Shown one piece after another: positions 50,922 through 60,741 of a DNA stretch of 64,000 bases. Below the pieces are notes generated by a model. That model was not told where the DNA came from. It did not search any database and saw only the letters and a program-made list of their open reading frames with translations. Every line of letters starts with the position of its first letter. Position 1 is the stretch's first letter. The DNA is from an uncultured Planctomycetaceae bacterium (GTDB lineage: Bacteria; Planctomycetota; Planctomycetia; Planctomycetales; Planctomycetaceae). The translations under genes were made by a program, and so were the position numbers. The stretch spans positions 960,001-1,024,000 of the forward strand of contig CAWFGE010000012.1 of assembly GCA_963815195.1 (NCBI GenBank), read 5' to 3'.

Positions 50922-52292
50922 TCAATCGTCCGCAAACGCCCTCAACGGTAGGCTTTGAGGGCGTTTTTCGTTTTCGGTTTCTGGAAGGTCCGTTTCCTCA
51001 ACCGGCCGCACCGGGCCGCGTGTTTGGGCGTCAGGGCGTGTGGCCAAACGTGTGACCACAGGTCGGCTCTCCTCCGTCCCGGTGGAACGCAACGCGGCGG
51101 GTTCGGCCTCCGCCTTGCTTTCGCTTTCACCGGGAGAGAGAGAGGGCAGTCGGTTCACGGCGGACGCCAAGTCATAAATGTTGGCGTGCATGTACCGCAT
51201 CGTCATTTGGGGCGTAGTATGGCGAGCCAGTTCCATCGCCTCTTTGATCGTCGCTCCGGACCGGCCCAACTGGGAGCAGAACGTGTGCCGGAGAGCGTGG
51301 AAGTCGGCAAAGCCGGCCTCGGTCTCGTAGGGGACGCCTGCGATTTCCAGGTCTGCTTGCAGCCACTTGCCGGCCCGCTTTTGTTCGGCCCACGGCCCCG
51401 GCCAGAGCCGTTCGGCCGGGGCGAGCGTGTCCAGGTACGGTCGCAGCAACTCCACCAGTTCCGCCGAGAGCGGTAGCAAATCGCCCCGCCGAGCCTTTTC
51501 GTCCTCGGCTTTGATGCTGACCGTGGGCATCTCGGCATCCAAATCGAAATGACCAGGAGTGAGTGAAGCCAACTCCGAGGCACGCAGCCCCGTTCCAACG
51601 GCCATCGCATACAGCAGGAACCGCTGCTCCCCGGTGAGGGGCTTCCGGGCCGGCCCGTTGCGAGTCGCTTCAAACAGCTTGGCCAACTCGTCCGAAGTCA
51701 ACTCGCGGCGGGGATGCCGCTGGTCGAGTTTGACGTTCCCGCCTTGCAGGTGGACCAGGCGATCCTCGCCGATGCGGTGATCCCGCACCATCCAACGTGT
51801 GAACTGCTTTACGGCGGTGAGGTAGTGGTTCACGGTCTGCTGCGAGCGGCTTTTTTTCAACTCCGCGAGGTATTCCTGAACCCGGCTTGCCGAGATGTCA
51901 CCGGGGTAGCGAAAGCGGCAGCCGGTCATCACGGCTTCGGCCCGGCCCCGCTTCAAGCGGCAATAGTCCTCGGTGTTGCCTTTGTGCCGAAGGTTCTTTT
52001 CAAAGTCCTCCAGGTGAACCACCAGCGGGCGTTTGGCGTGTTCCGCAAAGGGGCTGGCCGTCCCGGAACGCTGACGCTCGGCCTCGCGTTCCAATTCGGT
52101 CAGCATGTGCCGGGCCGCTTCCTTGTTGGAACACAGCCGCTCCTCGCGGATGATTCCGTTGGCGTCCCGGTACGTCCCGTACCAGTCCTTGGATCTCACC
52201 TGCTTCTTCACTCCCCCCGGTGCATCCTTTTTGCTCCGCTTGCCGGTCTCACGATCAACGTATCGCGTTCGTGTCCGCTTAAACAAACCCAT
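50922..52292 (-). CDS. Tyrosine recombinase / phage integrase
   Basis: TGLRASEL (R), K, DFHALRHT (HxxR) and ARH.T..MT.RY (H/Y) catalytic set. Confidence 0.95.
   Translation of the reverse strand: MGLFKRTRTRYVDRETGKRSKKDAPGGVKKQVRSKDWYGTYRDANGIIREERLCSNKEAARHMLTELEREAERQRSGTASPFAEHAKRPLVVHLEDFEKNLRHKGNTEDYCRLKRGRAEAVMTGCRFRYPGDISASRVQEYLAELKKSRSQQTVNHYLTAVKQFTRWMVRDHRIGEDRLVHLQGGNVKLDQRHPRRELTSDELAKLFEATRNGPARKPLTGEQRFLLYAMAVGTGLRASELASLTPGHFDLDAEMPTVSIKAEDEKARRGDLLPLSAELVELLRPYLDTLAPAERLWPGPWAEQKRAGKWLQADLEIAGVPYETEAGFADFHALRHTFCSQLGRSGATIKEAMELARHTTPQMTMRYMHANIYDLASAVNRLPSLSPGESESKAEAEPAALRSTGTEESRPVVTRLATRPDAQTRGPVRPVEETDLPETENEKRPQSLPLRAFADD
50933..50968 (+). terminator. Hairpin / probable terminator after the tRNA
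   Basis: aaacgccctcaa/ttgagggcgttt stem followed by T-runs. Confidence 0.6.
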
Positions 52293-52381
52293 CGAATTGC
52301 CTTTCCGGGAAAACGCTGCGGAGGGGCAGCCCGGTTTCCCGGTCCAGGCCAACCCCGCCCGCAGCAAAGGTCAAAGTGGTT

Positions 52382-52885
52382 TTACTTTTTCAGCTTGTGG
52401 CCGTAGTTCATGGCCACGTCGCCATCGGCGTCGTAGCGTTGGCTCGGCACTTCGGGAGGATTGCCGGTAATCTTCGGAAACCCGCCCCTGTTGTACTTGC
52501 CTCGCACGCTCGCAACTTTCTTGAGCACCTCGGAATCACGGCCGGGGAACGCGGCCTGCATCCAGCCACAGATCACCGCGTCCGTTTGGTGATGCGTCTC
52601 GTTTGCGACGAACGCCGAACACCAGGCCGCTTCAACGCCGAGGCCGGCCGGGATGACCACGCGATTGCCGTGCTTCACCTGCTCGGACTTGGGCCGCGAG
52701 ACTCCGCCTGGCCGAGCCGGAGGCCGCGATCCGGCCGCTTTCCCCTCACCGGTGGGAGGAGCAGCCTTCGCGGTTTTCTTCGCAGGCTTTTTGGCGGTTT
52801 TCTTGGTGGCCTTTTCGGGTTTGTAGTCGAGGCTGCTGCGTTGGGCGATCGTGTTTTTCTTGGCGGTTTTCTTTTTAGTTGCCAT
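52382..52885 (-). CDS. Hypothetical protein with Lys/Ala-rich histone-like N-terminus
   Basis: MATKKKTAKK...KKTAKKPAKK behind an aaagga RBS. Confidence 0.6.
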   Translation of the reverse strand: MATKKKTAKKNTIAQRSSLDYKPEKATKKTAKKPAKKTAKAAPPTGEGKAAGSRPPARPGGVSRPKSEQVKHGNRVVIPAGLGVEAAWCSAFVANETHHQTDAVICGWMQAAFPGRDSEVLKKVASVRGKYNRGGFPKITGNPPEVPSQRYDADGDVAMNYGHKLKK

Positions 52886-52988
52886 CGGTTTTCCTTTAGA
52901 GTTTGAGTTAAAGGGCCGGGACGTTTCGCAGGTGAGGAAGAAAACCCCGCTAACGCCCGGCCGGCCCGGCCCGTCGCGAGACGGACCA

Positions 52989-53315
52989 CTACTTCGGTGT
53001 CGATGTGGTTTGACGTTCGGCTTCACGCCGTTGGATTTCTTCGAGGTTCTCTTTGCGGCGATCCTCAAAGGCCTCGGCGTTCATTTCACGGCGTAGCCGA
53101 TCTTTTGCTTGGGTTTGGTCACGTTCACGCCGAGCCTTTTCGCGGTCTTCTTCAATTCGTTGCTGCACCTCCTCTGGTGATTCCTGCGGCAGGCGTCGCT
53201 CGGAACCGAGCCGGCGGGCGTGTTGGAGGGCGTCGTCATATTGCCGTAGCACTGTGACTTCGACTCCGACTTTCGCTGCGAGTTCCACGTCCGTCAGGTG
53301 AGGTTCCGCTTCCAT
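52989..53315 (-). CDS. Hypothetical protein (possible HTH fragment plus charged helix)
   Basis: LTDVELAAKVGV motif, then an E/R-rich segment. Confidence 0.35.
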   Translation of the reverse strand: MEAEPHLTDVELAAKVGVEVTVLRQYDDALQHARRLGSERRLPQESPEEVQQRIEEDREKARRERDQTQAKDRLRREMNAEAFEDRRKENLEEIQRREAERQTTSTPK

Positions 53316-53355
53316 TTTTGTTTCTCCAAAACGACAACCAGCAGGGCGAGCCAAC

Positions 53356-53390
53356 AAAAAAAGCCACGCGGGGATGCGGCCCCGCATGGC
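53356..53390 (-). terminator. Intrinsic terminator downstream of abiEii
   Basis: gccatgcgggg/ccccgcgtggc stem followed by T7 on the minus strand. Confidence 0.65.
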
Positions 53391-53585
53391 CTTGCTGTTG
53401 GCTGAATTCACCGGTGATGATCAGTCGCCGATGTCGCCCGGTCAGGTTGTCTATCTCAATTTATACTCAATATCCCCTCGTTTGTGTGGCGCGAATTCCA
53501 CTGCAAACACGAATCGTTACGCATGTAGACATGGCTGCATTAACTCGCATCGACTTGCATTAAAAAAATCCACATCGCAATTCAA

Positions 53586-54503
53586 TTAAATCGTCCACGG
53601 CCCCGGCGCACGCCAGATTTGATCAAACGATACTCCCTTGCTCACGGCCTCGGCGGGTGAAGCGAGAAATGTTTTGATGGTGTCGATGACTTCCGTTAAG
53701 CCCGTTTGAGCGTCGTTCAACCGTGACTTCCGCTGGAATGCCTGCCATTGGTTTGCTTTCGCCGGATCTGCAGCGAAAGTTGGAGAGAATGCCGTCGGTT
53801 CCGCCGTGACCGCTGTGCCACGATTGGCAAAGGTCTTTTCGATGGCCGAAGCCAAACTCGTTCCCTCGAAATCAAACTGTCGCGAGAGAACCCAGATATT
53901 GTAGAAGTCCTTCAGGCGGCTGTTTAACAACCCAAGTTTGACCATTGCCTCGAACTTTTCCGCGATGACCGTTTCGCGAGGATAGCCGTTCATTCTCGGA
54001 GCGGCTTGATCCAGGATCGTGGGGTAATCCGTCACTTCTGGTCCGGGATACATGACATCTCCAAAGCCGATGTCGATTTGCATGGATATGCGAGCGTTTT
54101 CCAGAGACCCGCGGAACGTAACGCGAACGCCCTCGTAATCGGCGTCTTCCTTAATCACGATTCCCTCGACGCTTTCGGCATCGAACATCAGTCCGTCCGC
54201 CTCGACGCTCTGGCGGCACACCTCGCGCATTACCGCTGCCAATGCATTTGGGCTGTTGTTCATATGGCCCAGCAGATCGATGTCTTTGGTGGGGCGGGAC
54301 GTAGGCGTTCGCCAAACGTTGAACATCAACGCCCCCTTCAGCACGAAGCGATCGGAATGAGAGGACTGTGCCAAGCGGTAGAGGAATCGCTCCATCGCAT
54401 AGTATTGCAACACTTCTTGAAATGGCCGCCCGCTTGACCGCGCGACATTCTGAAGCCGCTGACGGACCGAGGCTGCCATGTTTGTGACTTTGCGCTTGTT
54501 CAC
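53586..54503 (-). CDS. AbiEii-family nucleotidyltransferase toxin (type IV TA)
   Basis: SV..RL.N, ERFLYRL, FVLKG, RPT.DID, IDIGFGD, AEKF and NSRLKDFY motifs. Confidence 0.92.
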   Translation of the reverse strand: MNKRKVTNMAASVRQRLQNVARSSGRPFQEVLQYYAMERFLYRLAQSSHSDRFVLKGALMFNVWRTPTSRPTKDIDLLGHMNNSPNALAAVMREVCRQSVEADGLMFDAESVEGIVIKEDADYEGVRVTFRGSLENARISMQIDIGFGDVMYPGPEVTDYPTILDQAAPRMNGYPRETVIAEKFEAMVKLGLLNSRLKDFYNIWVLSRQFDFEGTSLASAIEKTFANRGTAVTAEPTAFSPTFAADPAKANQWQAFQRKSRLNDAQTGLTEVIDTIKTFLASPAEAVSKGVSFDQIWRAPGPWTI

Positions 54504-55117
54504 AGGATGGCTTCAAGATACGGCGTGAGGACTCGCGCGACGCGGCGAACGCGGGCATATCGGAGCAGGGCATCGATATCGATCCGGCGCTGCTGCTTGT
54601 AGAAACGCAGGGATTCGAGGCAGGTGTCGAGACCAATCTTGTTGCGGTATCGGAAACAATCGGCGATCGTCTTTTCGCGACTATAGATCCGGACCGGCAC
54701 ATCATCGAGGCGGTGCGTTTCGATCCCTTCCGAGAAGGATGCTCCGCTGAACCAAAATGTTCGCACGGGCGGATAATCGATGCGAGGCGGTTCGGCTCCC
54801 CTGTTTATAGCCAGATAGACTTCGTGTGGAATTTGCGTGGTCAATTCGTGGAACGCGAGCGCGGAAATAAGGCAAATGACACCCTCTGGAGCGCGAAGGC
54901 CGACAGCAACCAGATCGGGATTCCCCAATGGAACGGCACTTGTGAGCCGGTAGAGCCCCCGGCTTAGACTTTCGATGCTGCCATCGTCACGCAGGGCGTA
55001 GAGCGTGCGGGGATGGATTCCTTCGCGCAATGCATCCTTCGTCCGCATAATCCCCCCGTGCTCACGAAAGGTTTCCAGAGCCCGTTTCAGGCTGTCGTTA
55101 TTTGTTGATGAGGCCAT
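54500..55117 (-). CDS. AbiEi-family antitoxin (type IV TA)
   Basis: wHTH (G.I..LSRGLYRL), CL.SAL.FH.LTTQIP and EKTIADCF motifs; 4 bp overlap with the toxin gene. Confidence 0.92.
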   Translation of the reverse strand: MASSTNNDSLKRALETFREHGGIMRTKDALREGIHPRTLYALRDDGSIESLSRGLYRLTSAVPLGNPDLVAVGLRAPEGVICLISALAFHELTTQIPHEVYLAINRGAEPPRIDYPPVRTFWFSGASFSEGIETHRLDDVPVRIYSREKTIADCFRYRNKIGLDTCLESLRFYKQQRRIDIDALLRYARVRRVARVLTPYLEAIL

Positions 55118-55130
55118 GATGGATAAATAT

Positions 55131-55156
55131 ACCTGCAAACCTGTGATAGTGCAGGT
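55131..55156. promoter_or_regulatory. Inverted repeat, candidate AbiEi autoregulatory operator
   Basis: acctgca-N12-tgcaggt, 14-39 bp upstream of the antitoxin ATG. Confidence 0.5.
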
Positions 55157-55236
55157 GATTCTATCCACTCTTGACCATGCTGGCAACCTCCAATGCTGTA
55201 AGTTGGATACCCGCAGCAACTTGCATTGAAGTGAGG

Positions 55237-55416
55237 TTACCCAATAATCCGTTCGCAGGTCGTCACCCGCCGCCCGCAATGCCGGCATTCCCGGCGACGG
55301 ACGAGCTTCCCACCCGCGGCGCGACGGGTATAAATGACGTAAAAATGCCGACACCCGCAATGGCGGCAGCGGAGGCCGCGGTCGTCTTCAGGTACGCTCG
55401 TCTTCTCTTCCTTCAT
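55237..55416 (-). CDS. 59 aa zinc-ribbon protein (not in ORF track)
   Basis: MKEEKTSVPEDDRGLRCRHCGCRHFYVIYTRRAAGGKLVRRRECRHCGRRVTTCERIIG; two CxxC; ATG overlaps the terminase stop. Confidence 0.8.
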   Translation of the reverse strand: MKEEKTSVPEDDRGLRCRHCGCRHFYVIYTRRAAGGKLVRRRECRHCGRRVTTCERIIG

Positions 55417-55535
55417 GCTCGTTTTCTCCGCTGCAACTCGGCGAAGCTAACCCGCTCGCGGTTGACGGTCCTGACGCTACCGCCGGTGTCTGCGAGAACC
55501 GAGCCTTGGATCGACGCCGCCACGGCGCAACCAAC

Positions 55536-57003
55536 CACCCCTTTCAACATGTCACTTACCCCTGGATTTGGCCAGAGTTCGCGCGGTGGAGATATGGTGA
55601 TTCCGTTTGCCGCTCTTTTTTCGAGGCTGTGGTTTTTTCGGCCCGCGTTTCTTTTTGGGGTAACGCGTCAAGTCGATGCGTGTAGCAAGTCGCACCAACT
55701 CGCTCGCAAGTTTTCCAGCAGACATGATTTGATAGTGTTGCCAGGCTTCGGCGTCCACGGCAATGTTCATGCCCACCGTCGTGGCAGTCACGTCCTGCGT
55801 CAGGTGGTAGTCCGACAGCTCTTCATCGATCGTTTCTTCACCGTGAACCGATCGCAGCGCCGCTTTCACCACGGCATAGGTGTTATAAGCCAAAACCGCC
55901 GTGGCGAAGGCGAACAGCGCCGCCTTGGGGTAGCCCAGCGTCTCCACTTCGCAGCGCAACACCTCGGTCAGAGTTTGGAAGGCTTCTTCAATCGTCCAGC
56001 GCTTGCGATACAGAAAAGCCACTTTTCGCGCATTGGCGACTTTGACAGGCAAGTTGGTCAGGATGTGAATCTCAGTGTCACCATTCTCTGTGGGCGTATC
56101 CAATTGGATGGTGATCCGCCGGACTCGCAACGTCTCTTCACCCTGGGACAGCTCGGCCGACTGCTCGAAAACAACACCCGTTTCGATGCGTCCGATGCGT
56201 TTCCGGCGACCGACGAGTTTCCAGGTGAGTGTCGAAGCGTGTTGGCGAATGACAAAGTAGGCCGACTGCTTGACAATTCCAAACAGAAACTTGGTCGTGC
56301 AGAAGTTCCGGTCGGCGATTGTCACTGTCTCGGCCCGGATCCATTCCAGAAGCTCCGGCAGAAGCGAACGTTCCTGGGCATGGCCGTCTTCACACGGAAG
56401 CAGTTCCGAAATCAGATCCCGCTGCGCGTCCAGAAGCGCCAAGGTCTGGCCGGGCAAAGGGCCTTCCCGCGTGACGCGCAATTCCGCCAGCCGATGCTCG
56501 GTCGCCGCCAAATGATTCCCATCCAAATACTGCACGTGATAGCCCGGCAAAAGTTCGCGGCATGCTCCCGGCATGGAATCGATGACTTGAGCCGCGTCCT
56601 GGCTCGTTTCCCGGATCATCGTCGCCGAAAGGCCGGGTTCCAGACGGTTCAACTTGCCATAAAGTGCGGCCGGCGAAACCGCCAGTTGATCCTTGGCGGC
56701 CAAGTATCCGGCATGGACCGACTTGTGCGTCCGCGTTGCCACGCCCATCATCAGGGCCACCACTTGCGAAAACAGCAATTCTTTCTCGTATTGTCTCTGC
56801 GAAGCGTCGGCGAAAATCTCATCCAGTCGATCCGGCGACACAAGATTCTCGAGCGTCGCTCGAACCATCACTGCTGCTGGACATTGTTCCACAAAACGAT
56901 CAAGCACAGCGTCGGGCCACATCCTTGCCGCCTCCATAAGGTTTGATACAACAATCCCTGTAGAAGCGACTTATAGCAAAAATCTAACATGTTGAAAGGG
57001 GTG
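55536..57003 (-). mobile_element. IS4-family insertion sequence, 1468 bp
   Basis: Perfect 17 bp TIR cacccctttcaacatgt/acatgttgaaaggggtg; 12 bp TSD ggcgcaaccaac at 55524-55535 and 57004-57015. Confidence 0.95.
55552..56937 (-). CDS. DDE transposase, IS4 family
   Basis: LDG, IADRNF, ILTNL and YRKRWTIEEAFQTL (YREK-like) motifs. Confidence 0.92.
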   Translation of the reverse strand: MEAARMWPDAVLDRFVEQCPAAVMVRATLENLVSPDRLDEIFADASQRQYEKELLFSQVVALMMGVATRTHKSVHAGYLAAKDQLAVSPAALYGKLNRLEPGLSATMIRETSQDAAQVIDSMPGACRELLPGYHVQYLDGNHLAATEHRLAELRVTREGPLPGQTLALLDAQRDLISELLPCEDGHAQERSLLPELLEWIRAETVTIADRNFCTTKFLFGIVKQSAYFVIRQHASTLTWKLVGRRKRIGRIETGVVFEQSAELSQGEETLRVRRITIQLDTPTENGDTEIHILTNLPVKVANARKVAFLYRKRWTIEEAFQTLTEVLRCEVETLGYPKAALFAFATAVLAYNTYAVVKAALRSVHGEETIDEELSDYHLTQDVTATTVGMNIAVDAEAWQHYQIMSAGKLASELVRLATRIDLTRYPKKKRGPKKPQPRKKSGKRNHHISTARTLAKSRGK

Positions 57004-59158
57004 GGCGCAACCAACCAACCCATCAAACCAGTGGTTGTCGCCCCGCTCGGGTCGCTGTTTCCATTCGTCCACCGTCCGTCCGCGACCTTCGGTCTTCACG
57101 CGGTACTCGGCCGTGAGGTGTTCGGCCAACAGGCGATGCTGGTCGGGGCTGTCGCCGAAGAGCGAGAGGCAACCACGATCTCCCATCGCCACGGCAAGTC
57201 GGGCATGGACAAACGACTTCCAGAAGTTCGTGTCGTAAACGACGTGCCGCACCGCCCGCTTGCCAGCCACGTTCGGCATTCGCCAGTTGTGGCCGACGCG
57301 GTCGCCGGGCCGCCGCTTGTATTCGGAGAAGGGCTGGCTCGACGCACCGACGAACCGCCCGTGGCTCGGGAGCACGATCCCCGCGTGCGCTGACTGCCGG
57401 CAGAACTGGTAGACCACGTCGGTGCTTGATCCCCAGTTGGCGTCGATCAGGCAACGTTCGATGCGGAGCATGGCCCCGTCGTCGCGCCGCCATTCGCGGC
57501 CAAGATAGGTCGTCGTTAAAAGCGTCCAGACCGGCGTAGATCGAGCCTTCCAAGCCGACTGCTTTCGTTGCGGCTGCCAGCGTATGCCGAGCGTCGCGGA
57601 GCGTGAAGTACGGACGCTGCTGGTCGGGATACGTGCCGTAATCGACGACGTAGCCCGTGAAATCGTCCTCCCAGGCCGCGACCACGATAGAACAGCAAGT
57701 TCGCCTGCACGTCGATGAACATCGTCAGGTGGTTGCACGCCGATCGGCACCTCGGCGCGGCTCATGCGGTTGAGTCTTGCCGGCGATCTGGTCCGCCGTC
57801 AGGTCGTCACATTCCGCCGAGTCCACCGGCAGCGGCTCGTTCTGATACTCCGCGAAGAACGCCGCCTCGTCCTGCAGCTTGAGGTTCATCGCGTGCTGGA
57901 TCGCCGAGAGCTTCGTCGTGGTTGAACCGCTCCGGCCAGGCGACCTCCGCGCCGGCGTCCATCGCCTCTCGATTGTCAGAGTAGAACTCGGTCGCCAGCC
58001 GAATGTCGCCGTGGGCCCGGAGGCTCTCCGCTCGGAGTTCGGCGTACCGTTGCCACAGCTTTTCGTCGGTCGGGAACGAATAGACCATCTTGGTCCGCTC
58101 GCCGTTCCACTCCGGATGCTTGTCGCGTCGAGAGAATGTTGTCGGCCATGTCGCTGGGCCGGATCACCGTGCAGGGCATGATGCCGGAGATCTTCTTGCC
58201 GGGGCCGGCCAGACCCAGGATCGCGCCGGCCAGAATGCCTTCGCGGGTGGCGCACTGCGAAAGCGACCGGGCCGACTCGTCGGTTTGCGGGTCGTCGAGC
58301 ACCACGAGCGAAGGTCGAACCGTGTGCCCGTCCGCCCGCTTGTACTTCATGCCGCGAATCCGACCGGTGATTCCGGCCACCTTGATGATCGCGCCGCTCG
58401 CGACGCTGCCGGGCATCGTGGGCAGCACGATCTCGCGGGCCGTCCAGCCGATGTGTGTTCGCTCGCCCTGGTAGAGTTGGCCGTTGCAGCGGTTGGCGAT
58501 TCCGTCCAGGCACTGGATCGGATAGACGACCTCGGGATAGTCTTCGAGCAGCAGGTCGTTGCCGTCGAGTTCCATCTTGATCGAATCGAGCATGTCCATC
58601 GCGTGCCCTTCGTCGCTACCGATCAGGCAGACGAAGTCGCGGTGGCCGTTGAGCACTGCCCAGATGCAGGCACACTCGCAGATCGTCGTCTTGCCCGAGC
58701 CGCGCGGCATGGCCATTGCAAACAGCCCGCCGCGCAACACCGCCTGCTCGATCTTGGCGATGACCTTCAGATGGTCGGGCGACCAAGGCAGGTGGAACGT
58801 CAGCGGGAAATACGACTCGCAGAAGAATCGGAAATCGGATGCCGCCTGCGCCTTGCGGTCGGGATTCACGACGGCAGGCAGTTCGCCGATGTCGCGGCCG
58901 GCGATCGCCAGGGCCACGTTTCGCGCCCGGGCCCGATCTTTCAGTTTCTCGTAGGGATCGCCTTCGGGTTCTGGTTTGGGTGCATGACGGATCTCAACCA
59001 GCCATGCGACATACCGCAACAGATCGACAAACCGCCCGTCGCCGATCCGCATCCCAGCCCGCGTGCGATGGCGATGCAGCTGCCGCTCGTTGATCACTTC
59101 GCCCAGCGGCGTCGAGTTGAGCAGCCGGCACAGCTCGCTCGGCCGAAGCTTCCGCGGA

Positions 59159-59368
59159 TCAGTCGCCACGCCCCATCTCCTTTACGAGCCACGCCGCATA
59201 GTGCACGAGGTTCAATGTCCCATCGGCGTTCGTCGGACCACCCGCTTCAATATCGGAGCGAATTGTCGCCTCGTCGATCGATTGCCCGCCTACCGCAGAG
59301 AGCAGACGTGCCGCGTCGGGGATTGGCATTGCCAATGGATTGAGAGGATTCGGCCTCGGATCGTTCAT
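59159..59368 (-). CDS. Small HTH-like protein, putative terminase small subunit
   Basis: 69 aa (AARLLS...I.SDI.AG.P.NADGT.NLVHYAAWLV), directly upstream of and overlapping terL. Confidence 0.55.
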   Translation of the reverse strand: MNDPRPNPLNPLAMPIPDAARLLSAVGGQSIDEATIRSDIEAGGPTNADGTLNLVHYAAWLVKEMGRGD

Positions 59369-59480
59369 CACCGCTTCTCTTTCCAGTGCTCCGGGGATTA
59401 CGTCATCAGCGTCACGTGGGTCAGGCAGATCTGCCGTTGATGCAATTCCGTGCAAATTCGCGCATCCCGTTCGTTCGCGG

Positions 59481-59580
59481 TGACGCAACGCTTGGGCGAA
59501 TGACGCAACGTCGTTGCCAGATGACGCAACGCCGATCTTCCAGAGCAGGCTTGAAGACGCTGTTGACGAGGATGACGCAA
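59481..59580 (+). repeat. Iteron-like direct repeats TGACGCAA(CG) x4
   Basis: Copies at 59481, 59501, 59522 and 59573. Confidence 0.8.
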
Positions 59581-59742
59581 TTGCCGGTTCATCTTTCCGC
59601 CGCCCACGCCGGTGCCCCGAGAACGCCCAAAAAGAATTTCAGATTTTCTTCGGAATCTTGGCAAACATCGCTGGATGTTCCTCGCGACGCATGGCTCCAT
59701 GTGCATGTTCAAAGTTACATCGCACCAACCGAGGAGCCAAAC

Positions 59743-59994
59743 ATGCGAAACACGAACACGCTCGCCTTGCCCATCGCAATCTGGGCGGTCCTCTTGGACG
59801 TAGGCGAACCCATGACGATCGACGAAATCATCCGGGAGATGGCGCGACGCGGATTCTGGCGCTCGCACAACGGGCGTACCAACAACCGCGTCCCCAAGAT
59901 GATCGAGCGGGAAATACGCGAACGCAGAGAGAACGCGAAATATCGCCGGGTGGTCGGCGGGAAATACACCTGGCTCAAACCGGCGGCGGGCTAA
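59743..59994 (+). CDS. Small winged-helix (HARE-HTH-like) protein
   Basis: VL...GEPMT..EII.EM..RG.W.S..G.T....I.REI...KY.RV..GKY; gaggag RBS. Confidence 0.7.
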   Translation: MRNTNTLALPIAIWAVLLDVGEPMTIDEIIREMARRGFWRSHNGRTNNRVPKMIEREIRERRENAKYRRVVGGKYTWLKPAAG

Positions 59995-60087
59995 GCCGAA
60001 ACGCCCGCGAGGGCGTCGTCCGCGGGTGGTTCCGCAGGCCTGATGATGGCAGCCTTTCCATCGCCCACCAAAACGAGGAGCCGAATC

Positions 60088-60519
60088 ATGGCGACCAAGA
60101 AAACCACGAAGAAGACCACCACCACGAAGGCCGCGACGAAGAAAACGGCGGCGGAACGCAAAGGCGCGGCAAAGGCAACCGCAGTTGCCAAGGCGAAGAA
60201 CGATCAGCGCAAGGCCAAGAGGGCCGCGACGAAGACCGCACCGGCCAGCGCCAAAAAGGCCAAGGCGAAGCCCGCGTCGAGTGGCGACAAGAAGATGAGC
60301 GCGTTGGACGCGGCGGCGAAGGTTCTGGCCGAATCGAAGGAGCCAATGCGGGCGAAGGACATCGTCGAAAAGATGGCGACGAAGGGCTATTGGACCTCGC
60401 CCGGCGGCAAGACGCCCCACGCCACGGTGGTCGCGGCGATCCTCCGGGAGATCCGCGACAAGGGGAACGATTCCCGGTTCAAGAAGGGTGAGCGCGGATT
60501 GTTCGTGGCCAACTCGTAA
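60088..60519 (+). CDS. Winged-helix (HARE-HTH-like) protein with Lys/Ala-rich N-terminal tail
   Basis: [10 protein letters not shown]....[22 protein letters not shown]...ILREI..KG..SRF. Confidence 0.8.
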   Translation: MATKKTTKKTTTTKAATKKTAAERKGAAKATAVAKAKNDQRKAKRAATKTAPASAKKAKAKPASSGDKKMSALDAAAKVLAESKEPMRAKDIVEKMATKGYWTSPGGKTPHATVVAAILREIRDKGNDSRFKKGERGLFVANS

Positions 60520-60741
60520 CCGACGCGGGATTCGCGTCGAGTTCGCCCAGGACGCCCCGAGTCGGGGCGTCCTTTCGTTGGTGGCGTTCCCGGCCAGTGC
60601 TTGCCGTTGACCGCAAGAGAGATATGCTAAATCGCTTGAAGCATTCGATCCCACGTGATCCGCGACGCAGAATGCTGTAGCATTAAAAGGTTCTCGAATC
60701 TCGGCCCTATGAACAGCAACTGAAAAAAAGCGGAGGTGGTC

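Larger units (their letters stand above)
55413..59169 (-). pseudogene. Phage terminase large subunit (GpA-like), interrupted by IS and with several frameshifts
   Basis: Walker A MPRGSGKT, VVLDDPQ (Walker B), EYQNEP, FIDVQ and DNHWFD.LVG nuclease motifs; last ~40 codons lie beyond the IS at 55413-55535. Confidence 0.85.

Noticed and set aside
55171..56946. 591 aa plus-strand ORF
   Set aside because: Antisense to the transposase and runs across the IS boundary.
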